A DNA stretch of 61,177 nucleotides, filler included, from Dugesia japonica (lineage: Eukaryota), in NCBI GenBank assembly GCA_001938525.1. It is 5 parts of 5 records of this genome, joined end to end, with 100 filler letters (N's around TTAATTAATTAA, not from the genome) between each part and the next. Parts side by side here need not be neighbours in the genome. Positions count along the whole stretch, not along the records: positions 26,459 to 37,914 come from MQRL01608578.1; positions 38,015 to 48,927 come from MQRL01611345.1; 3 more parts are not named here. One strand, 5' to 3'. Under the pieces are notes generated by a model, which did no database searches, had not been told where the DNA came from, and saw only the letters and a program-made list of their open reading frames with translations. A program made the position numbers and the translations under genes. This document shows, piece after piece, positions 32,401 through 46,948 of the stretch. Position 1 is the stretch's first letter, and each line of letters opens with the position of its first letter.

Positions 32401-35400
32401 ATTTTCCTCCGATTGATTTTTTAGATTCAGTGTGCCTATGACATCGTCGTTTTTGTGATTAAATGTGTACCGATAGCGCCATCAATTTTACTTGTTAAAA
32501 TTAAGTGAATTTAATGATTTCTTGTTTAAATCAAGCGAAATTAAAGATTTTTAAGTAATTAAGTTAATTTCCCCTGAACAATATTAAAATTAGTTGCTTC
32601 TCAGACAATGCTGACATTATAATATGGCTGTTAATGTTATAATACTCCTCCTCGCATGGAAAATTTGTTTGCAAGAACATTTTAAGTCAGTAAGTAAAAA
32701 TTAATAGTCAACATTTAAAAATTTAAAGCCAACAAGTTAAAATTATATTTTCCATCGTACTAAATTGTAACACATTACACTAAAATTATAATCTGTCATA
32801 CAAAAATAGAAACCAATACACAAAAACGTAACATATCACATAAAAAATTCTAAGTCAAAATCATAAAAAAGTAAAAATTTAATAGATTTAATGAAATAAT
32901 TCAAAAATTTACTAGAAGTTGATAAAAGTTTACAAAATTATATGTGATATTTCATTAACACTAATTTCATACTAATATAAAAATTCAATAAAATATTGAC
33001 TGATAATAATAATAGTAATAATAATTATAATTATAATAATTATAATNNNNNNNNNNNNNNNNNNNNNNNNNNNNNNNNNNNNNNNNNNNNNNNNNNNNNN
33101 NNNNNNNNNNNNNNNNNNNNNNNNNNNNNNNNNNNNNNNNNNNNNNNNNNNNNNNNNNNNNNNNNNNNNNNNNNNNNNNNNNNNNNNNNNNNNNNNNNNN
33201 NNNNNNNNNNNNNNNNNNNNNNNNNNNNNNNNNNNNNNNNNNNNNNNNNNNNNNNNNNNNNNNNNNGCTCAATTTTATTCAACAAATTTCAAAAATTGGA
33301 AATTTTATAGCTTTTAAAAATTTCAATTATTAATATATTAAAAACCCAGTGGTGTGTTTGTACGTGATGCTCAATATTATTCAAAATTTCAATAAATGTT
33401 TAGAAATATGGTTAAAATAATGTGGTTAGTGGGAAAATTAAACCGGACATGAGGTCAGTCGGAGAACAGGGAGAAATATAGCAGGCCGAAGGCACTGATG
33501 TCAAGAAAAATAAGATCTCTTGAGCAAGTCCTGAGCAAACGAACGAATAAGACAAAAATGAGATGCCTAAAAGATTGGTTATTGTTGGGAACCCTTTTAG
33601 CAGACCTAATTTGCATACCACATCGACGGTAAGTATGTATCTTTTAAATCGTTTCTTTTGTAAAAATATAATGATGCATAAAATTTATTTCAAAAAAAAT
33701 TCTGGAAATGATTTTTTTACGCGCATTTGTTGATCACGGGGCAGTTTGCCGCTCATCAAATACCTAACAATAATAATTCAATCAAGTCAATGTAAGGTAT
33801 TGAATTTATTATTTAGTAATCATGGAGAAACCAATCAAAACCTACAATAATCACACGAAGTTTTTTACCAAACTTATTTCAATTGTTGATACGTGAATAA
33901 ATATATTTATTATGATTGAAATTTTAACTATTTTTGTATTATTATTATTTATTATTATTATTATGATTATCGTTATTGTTAATATTATCCAGGTGAGCAG
34001 GTTTTTGTTCAAGAGAGAAGTTGATTGTCCAGGTGAATAGTTGAATATAATTTAAACATTGTCCGGGGACTAACTAATGTTAATATTGTTTGTGGTAAAT
34101 TCACTCAACTACTTAAAATTTATTTATTTNNNGTAACAAAACCATTAAAAAAAATCAAAACAAATCAGCCTTGAAAAAAAAAATTTCTTGTCAGTGGGGA
34201 TTGTTTAATGCACTTCTATCTACCTAATATTTAAAGAAAAAATTTTATTTTTCTCCCAACAAATTAGAAAACTTGAGTTTTATTTAAATTCTATTATCGA
34301 ATAATATTTCTATATTTATACAGTTTTAATTGAAGTAAATAAAAATATAAAAGCATCAGTACTTATTACGCATTATATCATCATAAAATTTTAATAGTAA
34401 AACTGAAATATGAAATACAAATGCAAAATATAAGTTTTTCATTTAATACGTTCATCGGCTGTAGTAGTTTAATTGAAATTTCAAGTTAATGTTATGAGTA
34501 TTTAAATATAATACTTTTAAATACATTTTAAAATTACGCATTTCATTAAAAATGTGAAAAATTACTGATAATGAATAGTCTATAACACAATTTCTACGAT
34601 GTTAACACAATTTTTACGATGTTAACACAATAATTAAAAATATATTATTTTTCTTATATAAAAATTATTTTTTCATTTCTTTCGCTTAATTTGGATTAGA
34701 TCTTATCAAATGAATAATCTACTGGCATCAAATGTAAACATATTTCAACTCAATATTTATTAGCAGGACTTGTAACATTGTTAAAATTGGAATATTTATA
34801 CAAAAATGAAATTAAACCTATCAATGATATCAAATGGAGTCAATGAATAATTTTTTCTTTGAATCAGAAATTTAAATATGTCAATTATTTGGTTTGTGTG
34901 AATGTAACTTGATATTTTACTTATTTAGTGTTATTTGCGGTTTAAATTCTTTAAAAGTTTAACAATTCTTGCTGTAAAGAATTTAATTTGTTAATGGAAA
35001 GGTTAATTGAATTTGTTTCTTACATTAAATTATCAAATGAAGAATAATATAAAAAATCTAATGAATAAAAATATCAATATTTTCTCATGTTTTTCTAGTA
35101 AATTATGTATTAAAACTATATGTCAAACTAAAGTCTAATCTCTAATTGAAATAATTCATAATAAATAGTGAAGTATTCATATTTTAAAATAATCTTATAA
35201 TTTCATAAATAATAAGTTAGATTAATTCAATGTCTACCATAATTGGACACGTATCCAAGAATCAGGGAATCAAAAATTTGCAAATTTTTGTCATTTAAAA
35301 TGCATCGATCTATTCTGATTATGTAAAGTTTCAACACAGAATCCTTGATTATTTTTGACATATTTAATCAAATAATTAATTTAGGCTGAAATTCTATAAA

Positions 35401-36012
35401 AAATAATAACGGGGAGCTGATTTTTATACATTTTAAAATGAATTTTTGAACATAAAATCACATGTAATCTTAAAAACTGTCGCACCACTTTGCAAATATT
35501 CTATTACATATTCTAATACAAATCTTACATCGTATAGTTACATGTTTACTTCTGTAATCTAATCGCCCATAATTACAAAATATTTAAATTTGAGTTTTTC
35601 GAAAAGAAATTCGAAATTAGGATATTCATAAACAGCTAATGAAGATTGTTACACGCAATTGAATTATTTTTGATTATTTTTACAAAAAAAATTATCAAAT
35701 GACACTAAACTTTTAAGCAACATTTTTTTCATACAACGCTATCACATTGCCATTTTTACAACTTTTACCATAATAAAAATCCAATACACTTTTCCTTATT
35801 TAATACACCAAGACCTCGATTTATGTTGTTAATTGAGACCCAGAAATAATGAGGCAAATCGGAATAATTTTTTTCTATATATTTACATAACTATTTTTGT
35901 TAATTGGTTATCATATATTTTTTTATTGTAGAATAATTTGTGCTTTTCAATTTATTTTGCTATTTTGTGAGTCACGAATTTTTTTATTCTTATTATATTG
36001 CTCTTCTATATA

Positions 36013-37402
36013 CAGGGTACGCCAGCAACATCCGGACAAAGCAAACTAATTATTCTAACACAAAATTTATTAAGAAAATGCAACAAGTAATAACAAATAA
36101 GGTTATATTTTAATTAATCAGATCGTTTAATGTTATTTCATTCAATGTAGCTACCCTTAGCAGCTATTACAGCCTCTATTCGCTCTCGGAAGTGCGAACA
36201 TGATCTCTTTACGTGCTCCCGGTTCAAATTTGTGAATGCTGCCTTAATAGCTACTTGTAGGGATGCAGCATTGGCATGTCTAGACTTATTAGCAACCCTT
36301 TCAATAACGGCCCAGACGTCTAGAGGATTTAAATCAGCACTATTTGGAGACCATATTTCCTTGTATGAGCTGGTGCACCATCCTGTTAAAATACGTATGA
36401 CCTTCCAAAAGCTACAGTTGTTATCCAATGATTTACTGTCAATATTAAAATCCGAAGATAAACTTACCAAATTATATTTTTTAAACTTTAAAGCAACATT
36501 TTTTTCATACAACGCTATCACATCGCCATTTTTATAACTTTTACCATAATATAGATTCAGTACACTTTTCCTTATTCAATACACCAAGACCTAGATTTAC
36601 GTTATTAATTGAGACCCAGATCCTTTGTAATTGTTTCTCCTTTTGAAAAGAAAAATGGTGGCATGCAATCACCTTTACTGGAAACAACGCTTAGAACATG
36701 TACACTTGTTGGGGATTTTGTACGACCTAAAAACGGGAACATCTTTTGTATTGTGGGCAAGCCACCAGTCGTTTCTTCTTTTCACCTTGGCATCTATGGT
36801 AAAAATATTATCGCCGGAAAAAAACTTTTGACGTCCACTAGATTTATGTTCTGATGAAGACAATAGCAATTTTGATAGGGAAATTATTTTGATCTTAGTG
36901 GCCTCAGACAGCATTTGCCGCATCTTCATTACATAGGATGTGTATACAAAGTCTTCTTCAGCAATTCGACGCATGGTGGACTTAATCACTTCTAATATGG
37001 TCACCAATTCTTCAAGTGATGTCCCAGGATCGTTCATAATTAGCTCTTCAGCTCTTTGGATAGCTTTCAGGGTTTTTGACTTCCTTTTTTTTGAACAAAT
37101 CTTTTTCTCCGGACTACTAGTATCTTCTCCGGACTTCTCCAAGTCACGATACCTTTTGGCAATGTCGTATACCGTTGTCCTGAGATAACCAAAAAACTTA
37201 ATAATTTCCGTGAGCGATCTTACTCAGCCCTTCAATTATTGCCACTCTTCGACAAAATTCTGCATTCATTTTGGTATTTGTATATAATTTTAAATAATAC
37301 ACGAGTAAGCATATTTAAACAAAGTTATATTAAATTTAGAATAATTAATTTATGTATTAGGATATCACAACAAACTTTGTCCGGATTTTGCTGGCGCACC
37401 GG
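36013..37402 (-). mobile_element. Tc1/mariner element (maT/DD37D-like) with about 28-bp TIRs, TA target duplication and a disrupted transposase
   Basis: TA-cagggtacgccagcaacatccggacaaag ... ctttgtccggattttgctggcgcaccgg-TA; YVF*QDGAPAHT, WSPNSADLNPLD, CSHFRERIEAVIAAKGSYIE. Confidence 0.9.
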
Positions 37403-38014
37403 TATATGTGGCATATGAACTTAAAAACTTAAACATTTTATATGTATAGAACAAAAAATGGGGTCCAGAAATAATTTTATTGAAATTATGTGGTAGATCC
37501 AGTTCGAAAAAAGAAGTAAAAAATAGCGTTTACAAGCTGAAAATTTTGTTTATATCTCTTAAGTATGGAAAAAATTCATCCAGAATAGCCGAAATGGTTA
37601 TAAGCGCCTGTACCTATTGACTAAAAGCTTTTCTCGACCAAAAATAGTTGTAGCTTTAAACAATATATATACCAAAAAAGCTGAATAAGTTTGAAATCAA
37701 ATTTCGGTTAGCACCTGGCACTAGCACTAAATAAATTTCGAATGAATTTTCATGTTTCAGAAAGGATGAGAACAGAATATACTCTGTTCTTCTTGGAGAG
37801 TTGTTTCAAATGCAAAAAAAGTGTAACCAAATAATTCGCAAAATATGAGATGAAATAACGCATTAAATATTTTTTAAATTTCAAAATAAATGCAAAAATA
37901 TATTTAAAAAATATNNNNNNNNNNNNNNNNNNNNNNNNNNNNNNNNNNNNNNNNNNNNTTAATTAATTAANNNNNNNNNNNNNNNNNNNNNNNNNNNNNN
38001 NNNNNNNNNNNNNN

Positions 38015-38081
<67 letters not shown>

Positions 38082-38879
38082 AATATGAATTGAATCAAAA
38101 AATTTATATTAATGAATCAAAAAATTTATATTAATGAATAAAGCTGTAATAATCCGAGTATACAATATTTTCTTTAATTATTTTCAACATTATAATATTT
38201 TATATTAATCAATTATAATATCTTAATAATAATGATAATAATAATTATAATAATAATAATAATAACAATCGGAATTGTTCCATTATACTATTTTATTTAA
38301 ATCTACTTTTCGTTATACAATAATAATTGTTCAATTTTTGTTTTAATACATCTAATAATCATAAATTTGATTCAATAATCCTAGATAATAATAATCTTTT
38401 AATTTAATTTCGTATTTGTCACTATGATTTCAATCATCATTTTCATATAAATATTTGAGATTCTCTTTTATATTTTACTTTCAATTATCATATAATTATT
38501 GTGAATTTCTCATATATTTCGATTTAGACCGAATTCGTTAGTCAGCGGGCCACATTAATACTATAACTCACTGTAACACTTTGTACTACTGTATACAATA
38601 CTATCATTAATAGTATTACTAATTAAACGTATTATATTATATTGTATTTGTTAGTTCAATCTTACAAAGATAATTTATTTTTGGATAAATTAATCATTTT
38701 CACCTACTTTTATTGGCTGAAATTCTTCATAATTATTTCTTTTTGTTATTCATATTATATGTTTAGGACATTTAATAGGCTAATTATTGGAAAGCATAGA
38801 AATATTATTCTAAAAGAAACAAAATAACCATTAAACCATTTATTCTAATAAATCTGCCAAACTTTATTTATTAAATTGT

Positions 38880-39815
38880 TTCATTCATACATTCGTCATT
38901 CTGACTACTCAGCTGACAGCGTTTTGCAATTACCAGAGAGTCAAAATTGGGCTTGATATCATGTGATACAACCAGTCGTAAGGTAGCCAGCAAATGTTAA
39001 TCAGTGATGCCCAATCGCAGAACACATTTGTTAATCCTAATTGATGAGAAGAATTGTTAGTTCAGATGCATGGTGATATCGGGAAGAAACACTAAACGAG
39101 ATATAAATGCTGAGTGAGCAAGCTTGGGAACATCTTTGTCCTCCATTGTCATGAGGACAAAGTGCCAAAAGAAAAAAGTTAATACTGTGGCAACAAAAGA
39201 GACAACAGTAAAATTATTCGCACATTGTCCATTTTAAAAGATGTATATATACACAAAGATTCGATGGAAGAAACATCTACAAAAAGACAATTTCAAGTGG
39301 GAGACGAAGTATTGATAAAACAAGAAACTAGAACAAAAGAGAATGGCCCATACAAGATCATGGATAAGGTACATGAGAGATGATATCGTATACGAAATGT
39401 AAATGGAAATGAGCTAGAAAGGAACGTAGAAAAGCTTAAAAAATTCTTTTAATCGAGGGGGATGTAAGGATTAAAAATTGGAAATTGCAATTTAAAGTTT
39501 GAAAATGAAAATGTTATAAGAGATTTCAAGAATTTTTTAAAATATTTAAAAACTTTGTTTAAATATTCAGCTTTTGAAAACATAGTTTTTGAAGATTTGA
39601 AGATTTGAAATTTCGTTCATAAATAAAATTTATTGACTTTTCAGAAATTTTTTCTGTAACTAAAAATGTGCAAGAATGAATTAAGCGAATTGAACTAAAC
39701 ATAAAATGGTAAAGGTATAAAACGGATGAATCAAGAAATGAAAACGATTAAACTGATAAGGTAAAATAACTGAATTTGTATGAGAGAAAAATAAGGATAA
39801 ATAAACCGAGCAACA
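38880..39815 (+). mobile_element. Gypsy relic: integrase C-terminus, polypurine tract and probable 3' LTR starting at TG 39463
   Basis: FQVGDEVLIK..GPYKI..RNVEKLK, then gagggggaTGTAAGG. Confidence 0.6.
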
Positions 39816-42204
39816 ATATTGGTACGGCGGAGACTGGTGGTAATCGGATCGTTTATTTTATTGTTAATGTTATTTGTTAAATCATATATATATATATATT
39901 ATAACTGATAAATTTTCAGAGTTAATAAATATTTCTATACACTATTTAAGTAATTTTTTATAAAGTAATTCGATTTAATTGATCCATCAAAATATTAAGG
40001 ATAAAATCATGTTTTACCTTAGTTTCCGTTTAATTAATTTTAATCGAATTAATATAGAATCACAATAATTATTTCCTTAATTCAATATTTTCACCAATTC
40101 ATTATTTTTCTAAAGTAATTGACTTAATTGTTTTACGATTTAAATTTATTAATTAAGTTTACTTAGTAATAACGAGAAAAGATTTGAATACCTTCGTTTC
40201 ATTACATAATTCAACATTAAAACTTTAGATATTATCTATTTATGTAACAATATCTGATTTCAAATTGTAAATATATTATAACTTAATCTTCGTGATTCGT
40301 TTGAAAAAAGGCACTCCTATACTACAAGAGTTTACATTGGCACGAAATAAAATTTTGTTAATAACAATAATCACTATGTTAATTAACTATAAAAAGTGAA
40401 TAAAATTTTTTTATGTTAATGATTTATAAAATGAGTAATGATTTATAAAATGAGTATGAGGTAATAAAGTTAAAAAAGTACGTGACTCAAAATCACTTAA
40501 AATCTTATCATAAAGAAACGCCTGAAAGCAGAAACGCGGTATCTTATATCTGGATTCGTAAAAGATCGCTCCAAATGGATGCACCGTTATATTTTACCTT
40601 TTGAATAGAATAACTTAATTAAATTTCATGCAGTAAATTGTGTAAAAGTTTTAAAGAGCTAATCAGTCTTATAATTGCAGATATGTCTAGAAATATATCA
40701 TTCAAGGAGGTAGTCCAATTGCTCGAAGGGTGATCCTTCTCCACATCACCACCCGATTGCATGCTAGTACTCTTTGGAGCAAAATTGGAATGGATTGAGA
40801 TCCTTGGTGGATAAGAAAGGACAAACTACGACTCAAAGAAATAGAAATCAAANNNNNNNNNNNNNNNNNNNNNNNNNNNAAAATCCGAGTAGAGCAACTA
40901 GAGAATCAACTAGCAGTGCAGGAACAAGATCTAGAATGGAAAATTGAGATTTTGTTGATTTTGTCTAATCATCTGCAAAGACCATAGACCATCATGGGTA
41001 ACGAAACTGTGTTCAGATTGAAGCTGCTGACGCACAATTAAACTGGGAAAAGCATGGAGGCCAGAATTGAGCAGCTAGTCTCTCACTCGTCCCATATTTG
41101 GATGATGTCAAAGAGCAAAAACCTCTAGTTTAATTGAACTGTGAATAAATATAGCTGTGCATGCCTCGTTACAACAAATGTTTGAAGTTAATTATAGCAA
41201 AATCATTCTTATAATTTAATATAACGCTCAATACAATCATAACATGCTTAAAACTTCGTATTGTTTAGAATAACATCGATAATTGGCAAACCGGATGGCC
41301 AAGAATAACTCAACGAGCAACAACTCTGTAGAGCTAAACTGAAGAAGTTACGGAAGGAGTTAAAGGAGGTGAAAAAAAGAGAATCGGATCGTGAAAAAGA
41401 AAATGATTGTTAAGAGAAAGACTAAGCGTGAGTCGCAGGCGCGAACTCTCTTTGATCAGTACCGATCGGATGCTCACTGAAATCATAAAGACTTATGCGG
41501 ATAAAAGTTTCGGAACTTGCCAACGTCGACTCTTTGGCATCAGTACAATGAAAACAAGATAACCAAATGGGATTGTGTAATTACTGAGGAGACAATTTTC
41601 AGTTCCCCGTGATCGTGTCATATAAATAAAATGTATTTAACCTTCGCAATTTGACCTTCATTATACTAAAAACCGAGGGATAGGAAAATAAGACAAAATG
41701 TTTTGAATTCATGAACTTCAACTAAAATCTGAGCAACACATACATCTATCGGGTTTATCAAAGACCTGATATTACGTAGTCCCGCAGGAACCACAGCGTA
41801 AATGATCAACTCTCGAAGTATTAACAAATTTCTGCAGGCTTCGGGTATCTACTCTTAGAAGAGATAAATCGTGGAAATGGAGAAACCAAATAACGAAAAA
41901 GAAAACATAGGAGAACATAAAAATGTTGAAATATTAAAAAATCATATATAACAATATATAAAAATCTTTTACATATGCACACATGCAAAAGCAGTTTGTT
42001 GTTAAGAACATTTCAATAATTCAATGATCAATTATCAATCCATCAATTCAATGTTGTGGACCCCAATATTATGGGTCGTATGATTATCATTCTGTGAAAA
42101 ACCTTTTATCGACATTTTATTAACATTGACAATATTTCATTGACATTACTTTTTATGTTTTGTGTATATTGATTGATTTGAATTTCCTTTTATTTAATTT
42201 CCAA

Positions 42205-42242
<38 letters not shown>

Positions 42243-45200
42243 GATTGTTGTTATTTTTATTATCATTATTGTATTAATACAATTATATTATAATTAATTA
42301 TTTTTTAATTAATTTGGTAAAAAAGTGGATCAATAAAATCCACTCAAAAAAAGACAATGATTATAAATGTTTTTATAATGATAATGAAAAATAATAATAA
42401 TATTTCGGACCATTAGATTGTTATTGTTTATAGTTGATTTGGTATTATTGTTGTTTTTATTATTATTATTATTTTTATTTTTCATAGAAGACTATATATA
42501 TATATNNNNNNNNNNNNNNNNNNNNNNNNNNNNNNNNNNNNNNNNNNNNNNNNNNCAATTATATTATAATTAATTATTTTTTAATTAATTTGGTAAAAAA
42601 GTGGATCAATAAAATCCACTCAAAAAAAGGCAATGATTTTAAATGTTTTTATAATGATAATGAAAAATAATAATAATATTTCGAACCATTAGATTGTTAT
42701 TGTTAATAGTTGATTTGGTATTATTGTTGTTTTTATTATTATTTTTATTTTTCATAGAAGACTATATATATATATTGAAGTGAAAAAGCGAGAGAAAAAA
42801 TTTGAGATTGATAATTTTTATCTACGGTAGTGACTACGGCTACTTGTAGAATTTTTATTTAATAAAAAAAAATTTTGAATTTACTTATTGGATTCTTGTA
42901 AAGTAATTCTTATTTCTATTATTATTTAAATAAAGATTTCAAAATAATTGGGGAAAATATTCATAAGGACCCATTACCGTATTGAAAGGAGTTTGCCTTT
43001 CGATATACTAACTTTTTTGTTAAAAAGGCCAATAGGTTATAAACAATATCAAAGGGATATAATTATCCATAACTGTTGGGTGTAATCGGTATAAGTTTTC
43101 CCCCTGAAATATTTATATGAGTTATTGAAGTAATCACTGTTACTTTCACAGATATAGAAAAAATAATTATTTGATTTTTATTGAATATTATATTTTTTTG
43201 TATATATAATTTTACAACCCAACAAAAACTTCGAAGTCCAACAATATATTATATTATTAATTCTATTTTTATTATTATCAACATTAGTAGATTGATAGTA
43301 GGTACTAAATCACCTTCCCACCGGCAATTTGGTTCAATTTTTTGGTTTAGAATTTTTGGAATTTAATTGATTGAAAATTTCAGTAGAAAATATTTTTGAT
43401 TTCGAATTTTATTGGTCGATTTTCGTCTCAGGAAGTTCGAATTTTGGTTTATAATTGTTTTGATCAGTTTTTATTGTATGGTTTCAAATTTGGTATGGCT
43501 GAACTCAGAATTAAATCCTCTATGTGGATATTACATTACTTTTCTTGAAAAATAATTGGTTTTCTCAGAAAATGAAGTAGCGCACTTAACCACTTTGACT
43601 TGGTTTATAAGTTTCTCAGCAAATTTGATTGTCGAAATACTACCTATTTGTATTATTAATACAAAATGTGAATTTTTTAAAAATACATTTATTTCAAAGT
43701 AATAATTTATTTTATTTAAGGTTATATTATATTAGTTATCTACAGCAATATCAACATATATACAAGTAATTAAAAGCAATAAAGAATATTTCTTTACTTT
43801 ACTGTAAAAATATATTATGTTTCAAAGTCACTTATTTTTCGTAATAATTTACCGAGTCTGATACTATGTTTATTATTATTGTAACGATCTACTTAGTTAT
43901 TTGTTTAAACGCTCTAACATTTTTCATTTGCGATTTCATTGAGATATAACCTTAATTTTTCCATTCGACCTTTCAATCATGTTTTAATCCCTTCAAAAAA
44001 TCATCATTCACTCATTTTTATCGGGAGCATCATCATCCAATTATTAGTGTTATCCGAAAGTCACTAGTATTTTGGTCGTTTATAATTCAAAGTTAATCAA
44101 CAAAAAATAAGATAAAACTAAAATTACTTTCTTAAATGCAATTGGATTACAACTTATAAATTAGCTTTGAACTGATCAATCTTTTTGTCAACTAAACTTG
44201 ACAGTAGTTTATTTCAATAATATCGACTTTCAATAGTAATAAAGATTGGATATTTCTACTCAACAAAAGATTTTATGGTTCAAATTTTAAAACTATTTCA
44301 GTAATAATGATACCTACTATTATTCAGTATCTGTATAATATTTATTTAGTTGATTTTAAGGGTATTTTAGATGTTGTGATTTAACTTGTGAATATGTTGA
44401 TACAAATATTATATAATGATATAATTAATAAAACTTCGCATTATAGATAACTGATATATGTATTCGACCTTATATTAATAAGTAATAAATAGCTTTTAAC
44501 AAACGGCTATTTAGAGTATATAAAGATACATAAAACTACATATAAGCAATTTCAATTTTAAAAGTATTTTCCAGCTTCGGGAAGACTTAACTATTTATAC
44601 TAATCGTGCATGTGTTGGCTTCGTGTTAGCCATTTATTATTTACATTATTGTTTATAAAATTTACATCACTTTTTCCAAAATTTAATGAAGATATTATTA
44701 AAATTTTACATAATAAAATAAACGGTTACAATTAAATTTAATTTTCATAAAAATATACAATTTGGAAACAAATTTTTTCATAAAATAAACAATCAGATTT
44801 GCGATTTTGACATTAGCAATTTGTAAAGTAAAAATTCAATTAACATAAAATAATAACGTATCAATAAAATTAATGATAAATAAAAATTTTGTNTTTGAAA
44901 GTAAAGTCACAATAATTTAGATTAAAATTCAAAATGGGAATTCACAGTAACATATTTAGTTTGGAACGAAATCAAAAATATCCTAATTGAGTTTTTAAAT
45001 GAATTTTCGATGAAATGAATTTCTGCATTGGTCTAATTTATTAATCGATCTGATTGAGTACGTTGGGTTCGAATTGTTTAATGTTTGTTATTTGTGTGCA
45101 TATATATGGTTTCTAAGAGGACTAGATCCCAACACACTCTTTAGTAGTCACTTTTGTTAATTTTTTTTATAATTTTACGACTGCTTATATAGTAGTTTTA

Positions 45201-46569
45201 CTCTTCGCTGATGTTATCGTATTACTGCCAATAATCATTGTTGAATACATTTGTGTAAATCATGTCATTTATTTATTAAATAATTGTCATGATTATAATC
45301 AATTGGATTTCTCGTTTGTTCGATAAGTCTGTTTACACCCCACATCAAATAATGGTTACAAGCCTATTGCGCTGGCTGAATAAAAATATGCTTAGAAGAA
45401 AGTATGGTATGGCAAGGTTTTCATTAAGACCTCCTCTGAATTCTCAAAACGACAAATTTTACTGAAAGGTAAATATCAAAATTAACATAACTATTGAAGA
45501 TCTACTGGTTGAATATGACCATTTTTAACNCTCTTTAATTTGCTGNGCTTNGGATCAAGGACATTTTCCACGGTACCGAAGAATAAAAAAACTGAATAAA
45601 AATGTTTTTAGCGTGGAAATGTGTTCCCAAATGTTTCAAGATACAGATGTGATGAAAGGTGAAGCATGGACATGACAAGTCACGATATAACTTTTGAACT
45701 TTCTTTTCCAGACGACTGGACTAAAACTATTTGAATATCTTTAGGAATTTCGGGAATGTCAATTAANNNNTTAACAATATTTTTCGGTACCTTTTCAAAG
45801 TTTAAATAACACTCTTTTTACACTGTTTCCACTAGTATTTGTTTGTGAAAATTATGGACACAATGTTGACGTAAATTATACGTACGTGTTTTGAACTCTA
45901 TGAATATATTTCCATTTGAAAATTTTTCCGTTGAAAATGGTTTTACGTTGGGTATATCCAGTGAAACGATTTAAAACACTAAAATTGATAAATCAAATTG
46001 ATAAGANNNAAATTGATAAGACAAATATGAAAAGAGGCTATAGACAATTTGAAATTGTTGAAAAATTCTTAATAAAATTATCCAATATTTAATTATTCCT
46101 CCCATACAAGACTTTATTTGAATTTCTAAAACACTTAGAATTTCATGTTCAACTTTCTACTTTTCGAAATATTCAATTTAATATTTCTTTATTAATCGTA
46201 TAAATAACGTGTCTCCATTTTGTTTTGTTCAATCGAGAAATAGAAGATAACATGCTTGTATTTCATTCCCAACCTCAATACAATAAAACGTTAATTAAAA
46301 TTATTCGTTCACTTTGTCTGTAAAGTTACACAAAGATTCAGTTATATTAATACTTAAAATATAAATACTATCAAATTAGATAAATTAAACAGAATAAATG
46401 TATATTGAACATNNNNNNNNNNNNNNNNNNNNNNNNNNNNNNNNNNNNNNNNNNNNNNNNNNNNNNNNNNNATTTATTCACAAAAATGTAATAAAATTTC
46501 TTACGGAAATATTAATTATTGTCTCTTTAAAACTTAATATTAAAATATAATCCAAATTAACATTTTTAT

Positions 46570-46948
46570 TTAATCAAAAAGACCGAAGCCCATGTCAGCT
46601 TCACTTTCAGATGAAGATTCTTTTTCAGCTTTAGCTTCTTCAGCTTTTGTAGCTTGGGCTGAAGCTGCAGCAGCTGGTGCAGCAGATGAAGGTGCAGCTG
46701 CTCCTCCAGCGGGGACTGAAGCTAATTTAGAAATACCGGCATTAATTAAACTTTCAATCGATTGTTCTTTGATTGAGTTGAAAAGCTAGAAAAATTAATA
46801 ATTCGGAAAAATTGAAATTATCGTTTACTTCAGTAACAGCTTTTTTGTCACATTCAACACCTACACTGCTTAAAACATTTTCAATATCAGCTGGTTTAGG
46901 TGTTTTACCAGTCAAAAGACATAACATATAGGCAGAAATATACCTCAT
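46570..46948 (-). CDS. RPLP2: 60S acidic ribosomal protein P2, 111 aa; exons 46829-46948 and 46570-46785, 43-nt intron
   Basis: [21 protein letters not shown]; GT..TAG intron 46786-46828 restores the frame; Ala-rich hinge and [12 protein letters not shown] terminus. Confidence 0.96.

Noticed and set aside
40500-41900. GC-richer coding-like stretch, probably a TE relic (also about 31930-32350 and 45000-45960)
   Set aside because: No diagnostic motif could be read; too decayed to call without a search
42280-42775. Direct repeat around a gap (likewise 58075-58363 vs 58414-58702)
   Set aside because: Gap-flanking assembly redundancy
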